Positions 21,075-30,784 of a stretch of DNA of 35,177 nt are shown piece by piece. Under the pieces are notes generated by a model. The model was not told where the DNA came from, made no database searches, and saw only the letters and a list, made by a program, of their open reading frames with translations. The DNA is from Chrysochromulina tobinii (Eukaryota). Where the stretch lies: positions 1-35,177 of the forward strand of contig JWZX01002947.1 in the NCBI GenBank assembly GCA_001275005.1, read 5' to 3'. The translations under genes and the position numbers were made by a program. Each line of letters opens with the position of its first letter. Position 1 is the stretch's first letter.

Positions 21075-21886
21075 TCGCCTCTACATACAGTAGCGCTTTG
21101 ACCACAAGTTGATTTTGGCTTGATCTGAGATGATCTGATCTGGTTCTTGCACTTAAGAACGCCCCACGTTCATACTCATAACCTTCTCGACCAGACCATG
21201 AAGATGGACCAGACGAGCTGAGGGATGGTGGAGGTGAGATGCGAAGGGAGGCGCATCGGGCAGGAGACGATTTACATTGGGCGTTTGGGGGTGACGTGTC
21301 TGGTTCTGTCGAGGGTCCAGGCTCCACGCTCCAGGGGGCGGTAGAAGCGTAGAACACTGGATGTCCACATGTGCTGGAGAGCGATGTCATGGACCCATGA
21401 ACGCTTGGTTGGTATAAAGGACGTCGGTCACCGGAAATCAGTCCTGTTCTAGTATCACGGGCTCTATTATGGGACAAGCATTATCGGAGTAGCGAGTTGT
21501 ATACTCCTAGTATACTGTCCCTCCCCCACGTCCGTGCCGGTCGACCGGGGAAAATCCACACATGCACACGCCGCGCCCGCGGACCCCCGACACGACGAGT
21601 CACAACAGACGCGCACGGCCGTGGAATTACTCACCAATTCCGAAACGGTTCACGTCCAAGTTCACATCACACCACAGAAGTTAACCAGTGCTGCTCGTTC
21701 AGGTCACACGATTTTCCTCCGAAACGAGTGTAGTGTGTAGTGGCCGAGTAATCAACAGTCTGTTCTGCCCCCGTCCGGAACCCGCCATGGTGTGAATGCT
21801 AATGTGTGAATGTGAATGTGTGATTTCTCCGCACATGTAAACAACCGTCGTGGCGGGGCCGCGGTCGCGCGTCGACCAATCGATTC

Positions 21887-24800
21887 ATGAATGCCAGCTC
21901 CGCATTGACCCTCGATCGCTTCGCCACCACCGGCGTCGGCATGGTGCCCATCACCGCACGCAAGTATGACGGCGCTGTCGCAGTCGGCTCCTTGTTCGTC
22001 ATGGCGCCGCAAGACGAGGACAGCATCGGTATCCTCGACGCCGAAACGCTCATTTACAGTCGCGTGCCGCTCTCCGGCGTGTCGGGCCAGCGCAAGTACA
22101 GCGGCGCGGCGTTCGTCGGCGACACCGTCTACTTTGCGCCATTCCGTGCGACCGGTGTCGGGGTGTACGACGTGTCGGGCTCACGGCCCTTCCGGAGCAT
22201 CCCCGTGCAGTACAGCGGCAGCACTCCCGGTGCAATCCAATCCAACACGTACAGATACCAAGGCTTGGCGCACAACGCCCTGACGGGCAACCTCTACTTT
22301 GCGCCGTACGACAATCACGACGTGGGAGTGCTCAACGTGTCCTCGAGTGCCTGGCGGGCGGTCGCGCTGCCTACGCCGTCGGGCGGCTTCGTGAACGGCC
22401 AGTTCAGCGGTGTGGTGAGCGTCGGCCGGTACATCTACTGCGTGCCCTTCCAGCGGAGTGACCTGCTTGTTCTGGACACGCTCACCGAACAATTCACCTC
22501 CGTGGAGCTCCCGCTGAGCTCGCGTTTCGGCTCGTCCAAATTCTACGGCGGCGTGAGCGTCGTCTTGGGCGGATGGAGCGCGCCACGCGTGTATCTGGTG
22601 CCGTACAACCAGCCCGGCCTCGGGGTGCTCGACACGGCCACCTGGGCCTTCTCGTCGGTCGCGCTGCCCGTGAGCGGCCTCGCTAAGTACGCCGGCGGCG
22701 TCGTCCTGGGCACGCGCCTCTACCTGTGCCCCTATTACGCCGACGCTGTGGGGATCTTCGACCTTTCGAGCGGCAGCTTCCACAGCGTACCTGTCGGGCC
22801 GGCGGGCGCGGTCGGCATCCAAAAGTTTTCCGGCGCCGCCGTGGTGGGCGGCATCGTCTTCTTTGCACCCCGCGACACTGACGCCATTGGTCTCCTCTCG
22901 CCCTCCCCGCCGCCCTCGCCTTCACCCGGCAGGCCGCCGAGCCCTCCGCAGCCGCTGCACCCGCACGCGCCCCGCCATCCGCCGCCGCCGCATCCGCCAA
23001 GCGCGCCACCGCCCAGTAACACGGGACTGTGGACAACTCTCTTCGTCGTCATGTTCTCCTCGGTCACAGTCGGTACAATCCTCGGGCTCTTCATCCTGTG
23101 GCGCGCGGGGCGCATCTGGTACGTCCTTGATTGCGCCCGGATTGCATCTGATTGCCCCAGTTGAGGACCTCTGATGGCACCCCTCATCAGCTACCTGCCC
23201 ACGCTCCTTGATTACGCCTGGATTGCGTCTGATTGCGTCTGATTGCATCCCTCATCAGGTACCGCCGGCGCATCGCCTGGCGTCGCTACCGCGAAACTGT
23301 CAATACCGGCGGGCGGCGGCAGCGCGTCGCGACGAGCGCGGCCCAAGCCGCCCAAGCCGGCGCTCCCAAACTAGACCATCCCAAATTAGGCAAGGCCCGC
23401 ACTCTGAGAAAGAGCAGCTCGACGCGTGCGCTAGTCAACCCTTTTGGGTCTCCAAAGTTTGGCCATCAACCAAAGCCCGAGGGCGGCGCGGCCAACGGCT
23501 CGGCGGCCGACCACTCGAAGACGGCCAACGGTGGGCGCCATGATGGGCGCAGCTCTGGGCTCCGTGGTGGGCGTCGCGCACCGCGCACGTTGGATTTCGA
23601 CGCGGGCCTCAACCTGTGTGGTAAGGGCGGCGGTGGCGGTGAGCGTGCGGTGGCGGGGGGCGTGAAGGAGGGCGTGGAGGAGGAGGGGTATGAGGAAGAC
23701 CTGATGCCCCTTTCTGAGCGTGACGAGGACGAGGATGAGGACGACGAGGAGGAGGTGATTTCGATGGGGTGCTTCGACCCGCGCATGCCCAACACGGCGT
23801 CCCGCAGACCCACCCATGGGCGCGACTCCGAGGATGGCGTGCAGGTACACGTGGCGCCCACGGATGGCAACGGATTGCAACGGATTGCAACGGATGGCAA
23901 CGGTTGCGACGACAAGAAAAGCTCACCACGGCGCCCCCTTTCCGCGCGGGTACACGCGGTGCCTTGGATCCTGGCCTCTCCGACCTCCAGGGCTGTCCCC
24001 ACACCCCAATCGACGAAGACGACCCCGCGCCGGGCGGGCGGGATGAGCGGCGCCGGCGTCTTCGAATCTCCGAGCCCGAGCTGCGCCAAGCTCCCACAGC
24101 GCGCGCGGCCGACGGCGCGCGAGATTGAATCTCGGCGGACCGAGATAGAATCTCGGCGGACCGAGATCGACTCTCGGTCCGCCGTCCTCTGGGAGCCAAC
24201 GGCGCCTGCTCCACCGCCTCAGCTGATCAACACGGCGCGCGAGATCGAATCTCGGCGGACCGAGATTGAATCTCGGCGGACCGTCCTCTGGGAGCCAACG
24301 GCGCCTGCTCCACCGCCTCAGCTGATCAACACGCGCGTGCACGATCCGCGTGTGGCTCCTACGCTGAGGAAGCTTGCGACCTGGGAGCCCACAAGGCTGG
24401 CCCCTCGACTTGGAGTTGACGAAGCCCGAGATGACGAAGCCCCTCGATTTGGAGTTGACGAAGCCCGAGATGACGAAGCCCCGCGATTTGGAGAGAGAGG
24501 CTGCGGGACATCGCTCATGGCCCCAACGATGCAGCCTTCGCTCGCCCCACCCGCGCAGCCATCCCCGCCGCTGGCCCAGCCGCTGCAGCCGCGTCCACCA
24601 GCTGTGAACAGACTGGCGCAGCCGCTGCAGCCGCGTCCACCAGTGCAGCCGTCGTCGTCGCCTTCGATGCCGCCACTGCCGCCGGAGCCATCTCAGGAGC
24701 CCGCGCTGGGAGTGCCTCGCCGTCCCCCATCCGGTGGGCAGCACACCCGCGTTGGGGAAAGTGGCTGCTCACCAGCTGTGAACCTACCAGCTGTGAACTC

Positions 24801-26007
24801 ACCAGCTGTGAGCTCGCCAGCTGTGAACAGACTAACTGTCGTTGACCGCTCCGCATCGGCAGCGGAGGCCGTTGTCGACTCGTACTTGGACCAGATTGAG
24901 ATTGAGAAGCAGATTGCCTCCATTGAGGCCGACGAGATGGCTGCCGCCGCTGCCGTCGCCGCCGCCGCCGCCGCCGCCGCGTCCGCGTCCGCCGCCGCGT
25001 CCGCCGCCGCCGCCGCCGCTGCCGCCTGCACCCCTCCCACCTCGCGCCAGGAGGTCAGCGGCCGAGGACGCGGTGGAAAGCTCGGAGGGCTCAGTGGGGA
25101 ACTCCTCGCTCTCCGCGAGCAGGCGAGTGCCGTTAATTGCCTCTTGATTGCCTCTTCTGATTGCCTCTGATTGCGTGGTTGCTCTCCGCGAGCAGGCGGC
25201 CGCGCTCCGGGCGCGTGCGGCGGCGGAGCCGATCCCACAGTCGCCCGATGCGCCCACGACGGCGCTTAAACAGTCGCCCGATGCGCCCACGACGGCGCGT
25301 ACACAGTCGCCCGATGCGCCCACGACGGCGCTTACACAGTCGCCCGACGAGCCGTTGTGTTGGGCGCCTGTCCCAGGCAGCCCCGGCCTCGAGCGCCGTA
25401 TTGGGCTCGAATCGCAGCTTCCAGGCACTCTGACGCCATCAAGGGCTGGCGGGAGCGGCGGCGCCGGCGCCGGCGCCGGTGGCGGTGGCGGCGGTGGCGG
25501 CCGCGACGGCGACGACGAAGGCGATGGCTCGCCGCGCGTTCGGCTTGTGGTACGCTCTTCGCCTCTGCGCGCCTCCCATCTGTCTCGAGAGCACGAGGAT
25601 TGGACACTGCCTAATATGGAGGACGAGGAGCTGCCTAATATGGAGGACGCGACTCATCGGCAGCAGACCGCCGCGCCCAACACGACGCTCGAGGGCCTGT
25701 CCGGAGTACCGGTAGCCGGGGCCACGGGAGCCGCGCCCAACACGGCGCGCGTCGCGCCCGCGCTTCGAACGGCGCCCATCGCAGGTACCGAAGCCGAGCG
25801 TGAATGGCTCTGATTGGCTCTGATTGGCTCTGATTGCGTGTCTCATCAGGTATCGAAGCCGAGCGTGATTGGCTTCGATCGCTGCCCGTGCTGCCCTCGC
25901 TGCCGACGTTGCCAACGCTCGCGGAGGCACGACGGGCGAAGACCGAGCGGCCGCTGCCGCCGGTCGAGCGAGCATCACAAGAAGATCCATCAGTCCTCAG
26001 ATTCTGA
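21887..26007 (+). CDS. Single-pass membrane protein: beta-propeller-like repeats, Pro-rich stalk, TM helix, low-complexity tail; exons 21887-23118, 23259-25122, 25196-25784, 25850-26007
   Basis: About 7 repeats of K(Y/F)xGxVxVGxxxYxxPxxxxxxGxxD, a PPPSPSP stalk, and TM LWTTLFVVMFSSVTVGTILGLFILW followed by basic W|YRRR. Introns 23119-23258, 25123-25195 (GC-AG) and 25785-25849 restore frames. 5' end uncertain because no clear signal peptide is present. Confidence 0.65.
23119..23258 (+). other. 140-nt intron with GATTGC micro-repeats and shared 3' module
   Basis: TG|GTACGT...CTGATTGCATCCCTCATCAG|G. A decoy copy of the acceptor (CCCTCATCAGCTACC) sits near 23181-23195. Confidence 0.82.
24112..24490 (+). 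repeat. Nested coding duplications (EIESRRT, VLWEPTAPAPPPQLINT, GVDEARDDEAPRF)
   Basis: 21-nt units containing the self-complementary GAGATNGAATCTC, a ~105-nt duplication and a 39-nt duplication, all in frame. Confidence 0.8.
25123..25195 (+). other. 73-nt GC-AG intron flanked by an exact 18-nt duplication
   Basis: GCTCTCCGCGAGCAGGCG at 25108-25125 and 25181-25198 with TGATTGCCTC filler between; restores LREQ|AAALR. Confidence 0.72.
25785..25849 (+). other. 65-nt intron whose 5' part copies the downstream exon start
   Basis: CAG|GTACCGAAGCCGAGCGTGAATGGCT versus CAG|GTATCGAAGCCGAGCGTGATTGGCT, with CTGATTGGCT filler. Confidence 0.75.
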
Positions 26008-26721
26008 GCTGTTGAGCAGCTGCCGCGACTCAGCATGTGTGCGCGGCGTCTAGCGCGGCGGTGTGAACGCTCCTCAAACCATCAGTGATCAGCCAGAACC
26101 CAGAAGCAGTAAGTGCTTAACATGTGTACGCCGGCCCGATGTCCACTTCGCGTCGTATTGGGAATAACGGACTGGGAATAACGAACCCGGTCTCCCGGGG
26201 ATTGGCATATTTTGACACGTGTGAAACCCGGCTTACCCGGGGGTCATCATATCAAAATCATAATAATTACGATATGTACGGTAATTCTAATTGTAAAAAT
26301 CGTGATCATGCGGTTGCGGGATCAAACCGATCAATTGTTTCATTACCGTCTGAGGCACGCAAGACGCATATCTGAGCATTGTTTCGTCACCTGTGGACGT
26401 CGCTGACTGTGCGCGGTCGCGGACGGCCCGCCGGGAACGCGTCCCTGATGCGGTCTGAATGTAAGCAGCACGGGGTGACGAGGGCTACTACTTTACTACA
26501 ATGTAAGCAGCACGGGGCCGCGAAGATCGGGGGGAGCACCTCGACGACAATTTAACTGACTAACCGACTGACGCTTAAACAGGGCTGTGGGAAGATTCTG
26601 CTTACTTGCGCCTCCCGCGATGTGTCTCCACGGGACCTGTGGCTTTGCGATTTTCTGCGATGTCAAGTGAACGTGAACGTGAACGTGAAGATGCTTCGAG
26701 ATATTGCTCCGCCCCGACAAG

Positions 26722-27513
26722 ATGCAGGCGATCATGATCTTCATGACGCTGCTCGGCATCACGTCTGGGTTCGCCCCTGCTTCCGTTCGGCGTGCGACGT
26801 GCCGACCCGCCAGGCGGGTGGCTTTCGCCCCTGTCGCTGCTGCCGCCGAGGACCCCGCCACCGTCGTGATCACCGACATGGATGAGACACTCATCACGAG
26901 GAAAAGCACAACCTATGTCATCAAGTTTCTCGTCATGTATCGTGCTGTTTTCCGCTTGCTTATGCTGCCGCTGCTGATCGCCACGCTCATCCCACTCTCC
27001 AAGGTCAAGCGGGCGCTCGCCGTCAAGATCATGTACTACTTTGCCTTCCGCGGCGTGCGCGTGGACAAGGCGAAACAGATCGCGGCCGACCTGGGCGAGC
27101 GCTACGCGCGCGATTTGCAGGACCCGGCTGCAAGCGCGGTGCTAGGCGCCGACCAGGCAGTCATCATCACGGCGTCGCCCAGTTTCATGGCGCGGCCCTG
27201 GCTCGAGAAGTACCTCGGCGTTCCGGCGAGCAATGTGTATGGCGCGGATCTGACCGAGCGCAACGGCCGCTTCACCGGCATGTTGTCGGGCGAGATCCCC
27301 ATCGGTCAGACGAAGGTGCAGCTGCTGAAGGCGAGCGTCGCAGCCCGCGCCAAAACCACCGTCGGTTACGGTGACCATCCAACTGACGTTCCTTTCCTCG
27401 AGGCATGTGACCGCGGGGTGCTGGTGCATGAGCTCAGCGCTGCGCAGGCTGGCTCGTGCGAGTACCAGCCCGCGCGCCCGTTCGACTTGACCAAGCTCGC
27501 CGCCCTACGCTGA
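26722..27513 (+). CDS. HAD-superfamily hydrolase (HAD-IB/phosphoserine-phosphatase-like), probably plastid-targeted
   Basis: Motif I TDMDETL, motif II IITAS, motif III K (GQTK), motif IV YGDHPTDVPFL. N-terminal MQAIMIFMTLLGITSG-FAP followed by an Arg/Ala-rich transit-like peptide. Confidence 0.82.
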   Translation: MQAIMIFMTLLGITSGFAPASVRRATCRPARRVAFAPVAAAAEDPATVVITDMDETLITRKSTTYVIKFLVMYRAVFRLLMLPLLIATLIPLSKVKRALAVKIMYYFAFRGVRVDKAKQIAADLGERYARDLQDPAASAVLGADQAVIITASPSFMARPWLEKYLGVPASNVYGADLTERNGRFTGMLSGEIPIGQTKVQLLKASVAARAKTTVGYGDHPTDVPFLEACDRGVLVHELSAAQAGSCEYQPARPFDLTKLAALR

Positions 27514-27851
27514 GCACTTGAGGCGCCCGGCCGCCTGTCTCTGCCCGCATACCCACACGATGCGCGCCAACTGAGGTAAGGGGTAGCCCACCTGACACCT
27601 CACCGCGTCACAAGACACCATGGTCATTTGCTCCGCTGCGAGGTGCGGCGGGAGTAATCGCGATAACGAATGCGAAAGAATACAGCCCCCCAAACCTGGT
27701 ACTAAATGTAGTAGTGAGAGAGAGTTTGTCGACTCAGCGCACATCGTGGTAAGCCCCTTTAGCGTGCTGGTGGGCGAAGCTCTGTGCTGCAGCATTTGGA
27801 AATAGTGGCGCACACTCCGCTGTCCGGCCAAGAGGTCCGGCCTCGACAGCT

Positions 27852-30170
27852 ATGGCCCTGGCTGTAGCTGCGGATAACCCGTCGGAGGAGATCGTTGGCT
27901 ATGCTGCGCTACCTTCGTGCGCTGCCGCCGGCTCCTCGTCGGCTGTTGCAACTGGTGATCGGTCCCGTGCTGCCATCGTTGCAGCAAATGTGCGAACAGC
28001 AGCAGCAGCGGAGCGCTGCAGTGAAGCAGCCGCCGAACGAGCCGCAAGAGCTCGGGAAGTAGTTGCACAGGCATCGTCTGGCATGGGTGCTAGCAGCACG
28101 CTTCCGAGCCGAAAGAGTTGCTGCTCAGCCAGCATAGCAAAGCCACAAGGAGGCTGCCGAAACGCCCCGCCAATGTCAGCAGAGCGACTGATCGCCGCTG
28201 GCTTCTCCCGCATGGCTTGGATGGACGAGATGGTGCTCAAACCGGTTCTTCCTCAGGGCCAGAGCACAAGGCCACCGAGAAAGACTTTGGAGAACCGCGC
28301 ATCAACCCTACTGCAGAGGCCGCCTTTGATGATGAAGCAGCTGACGATGAAGCAGCCATCGAAGAAGCAGCTGAAGGTGGCGGCTCCGCCCCCTGCACCA
28401 GCGGCGGCGGCTGTTATCGAGGCGAAGATCGAGGAGGTTTCTGGTTGGATCAAGAGCTTTTTCAGTAGCGGTTCGCAGCCTGTCTTGGCAGGCGCCACTT
28501 CCGCTGCTGCACCCGCTCTAGCGGCTGGAGCTGCTCCAGCATCAGCTGGCAAAGGACAGCGAGGAGATAATGAGAGCGGTGCTCCCATTGATCCGGCCCT
28601 TTCCGCGACTTCTATTCGGAACAAGGCAGCCAAATGGCAGAAGGCGACCAATGCACCCCTTGGGCCTCTTGCACCATGGACCCTGCGAGAGCACTTCAAA
28701 TTCGGCGGCGGGAAGCGTGTCATCGACTTCTTTCGTTCAATGGACGCGGACGGCTCTGGGGAGGTCACAATCAAGGAGTTTGGCCCGTTCGTGAAGTTCG
28801 TTGGCTTCACGGAAGCAACGGATGACGAGATCGCGGAGACGTTCAAAGCCTTGGACGTAGATGGCTCAGGCAGAATTCCGTACGTCGAACTCGACAAGAA
28901 GCTTCGCGAAAAGCCGCCCAAGCGCGAGCCGACGCCCAAGCCTCCACTTTCTCCTGAAGTACTCATCAAGAAGGAAATCGTCCATGGTGTCTGGCCCGCT
29001 CCGCCGCCGCCTCCAGCTCACACAACGTGGAGGCCGCGCGAATACGACAGTCGCTATTTAGCCACGACGCAAGAGGATCCGCGCTACACGCTCGGACGAG
29101 AGAGGCCATCGTGGGGGCTTCATGTCCCCTCACGCCACGTTCACGAGGCGTACTCGGATGATGAGCCGTTCGTGATGGCGGATGGCACGTCGGTAGCAAC
29201 GGGCGAGCTCGACGAACGGCTGTTAAAGCAATCTCAGTTGGTGGTACAAAGGCCACGTGGAGGGGGAGACAGCACGTACGCTGAGGAGTTTGCTGCCGCG
29301 AAGATTGCCGAGCGAAATCCGAGCTCAAGCAGTCCCGGCCAGCCCAGACATGCCGATCCCATCAAGCCAGGCCTGGGCCGATGGGCGGAGCGTCTCATGT
29401 CAGAGCGTGTGGGGTGGGTGCCTGAACCACTCAATGGCACACCAGTTGACGTGCCACACTCTTTCAAGGCTGCGGCTGCCGATGAGGTGTTGCTACGTGT
29501 CAAGGAGCTCAAGGCTCGTCAGACGCGCCTCGAGGCCAAACGGCGAGCAAACGACGCGAGAAAGGGCCGGGCTCGAACGGCGTCTCCACAGCCGACCCCT
29601 GCGCCCACGCCGACCGCTGCGCCCGCGCCACCCCCTGGTGCGATGGTGGTTGCGGGAGGAATCCAGATTTCTTCAACACTCATGAGCTGGGTGCCTGATC
29701 CACTCGTAGTCCCGAGTCCATTCCACGCTGTGCCAATAGACATGTTGCCGGCGCCTACAGACGGCGTGCCACCTCCAGATGCCCCAAAGACCCCCAAAGC
29801 TGGAGCGGCTTTGACGTTGCGCGCCGACGGAAAGATGGACCTACCGGCACCGCCCGACTTGCGCCCGGACCTGCGGCACCGTTCCAACTCGCCAAGTTCC
29901 GCCCGCTCGGCTAAGGCTTCGTCAGCACGCGGACCAACCGCCTTTCACGCAGCGCCTGTCTTCCAAGGCCCTCTAGGCCACCCGCGTGGGTCACCGTCAG
30001 GAGCTACTCCGCGTTCGCCCAGCCCTGGAGGCAGTGCACGTGCTGGCACAGCTCGTAGCAAATCCGACAGCGGCCCAAGTCCACGAAGCTCGAGGGTTAG
30101 CAAAACCAGTGCTAGGGACAGCAAAGGGGTGGACAAAGCCGCATTCCGAGCGTCTCTCGGATTCTCGTGA
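27852..30170 (+). CDS. EF-hand pair protein with low-complexity flanks
   Basis: 772-codon ORF with EF loops DADGSGEVTIKE and DVDGSGRIPYVE flanked by helices. The true start may be a downstream ATG. Confidence 0.7.
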   Translation: MALAVAADNPSEEIVGYAALPSCAAAGSSSAVATGDRSRAAIVAANVRTAAAAERCSEAAAERAARAREVVAQASSGMGASSTLPSRKSCCSASIAKPQGGCRNAPPMSAERLIAAGFSRMAWMDEMVLKPVLPQGQSTRPPRKTLENRASTLLQRPPLMMKQLTMKQPSKKQLKVAAPPPAPAAAAVIEAKIEEVSGWIKSFFSSGSQPVLAGATSAAAPALAAGAAPASAGKGQRGDNESGAPIDPALSATSIRNKAAKWQKATNAPLGPLAPWTLREHFKFGGGKRVIDFFRSMDADGSGEVTIKEFGPFVKFVGFTEATDDEIAETFKALDVDGSGRIPYVELDKKLREKPPKREPTPKPPLSPEVLIKKEIVHGVWPAPPPPPAHTTWRPREYDSRYLATTQEDPRYTLGRERPSWGLHVPSRHVHEAYSDDEPFVMADGTSVATGELDERLLKQSQLVVQRPRGGGDSTYAEEFAAAKIAERNPSSSSPGQPRHADPIKPGLGRWAERLMSERVGWVPEPLNGTPVDVPHSFKAAAADEVLLRVKELKARQTRLEAKRRANDARKGRARTASPQPTPAPTPTAAPAPPPGAMVVAGGIQISSTLMSWVPDPLVVPSPFHAVPIDMLPAPTDGVPPPDAPKTPKAGAALTLRADGKMDLPAPPDLRPDLRHRSNSPSSARSAKASSARGPTAFHAAPVFQGPLGHPRGSPSGATPRSPSPGGSARAGTARSKSDSGPSPRSSRVSKTSARDSKGVDKAAFRASLGFS

Positions 30171-30784
30171 GAGACACGGCGCCATCCACCAGCGACGACC
30201 AGGAGCCACGCAGGACCACGCATTGCATGGAGAGACACATAGTTACCCCGATGTTGTGATAGTCGAGCGAGGAGTCCGCGTGCGTGCATAGGTGTGAGCA
30301 CGAAAGTAACGGTCTCGTACATTATAGCTTAATACACGTACGAATCTGGATTATGGTGAGGTTGAATTCTCATTCGCCTGGTACAAGACCGACACGATAC
30401 TCTCGACAGTTAGCCTTAGTTTCCGGGACACCCATCACCCTCGGGCCACCGCCGCCGGACGGGCGGTTCGCGCGGGAGAGCGGTTCCAACCGTGATCCGG
30501 CGGCGCCGTACGCGTATATTCCGTATAGACGCGGAGAACGCACAATTCGATTGTACACGACAAATTCGATCCGCTCGTGGATTGAACTTGAGGAGGAGGT
30601 TGCATGCTCACCGCGCAGCGCGCCCGACCCGGCGGCGGCGGGGTAGTACGTATGCAGTAGGAACGAAGTCAATAATATAATCGAAGTGTTCGTAGTTATC
30701 TTCGATTTCCTGCGCCATGCAGCATCATATCTTCTAAGAGGTCGCCCTTCAGACGACCTTTCAGTTCGACCTCATCTTCCGAGA

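Noticed and set aside
26458..26517. 18-nt direct repeat AATGTAAGCAGCACGGGG as an element TSD
   Set aside because: Only 24 nt lie between the copies and there are no element features; treated as a simple local duplication.
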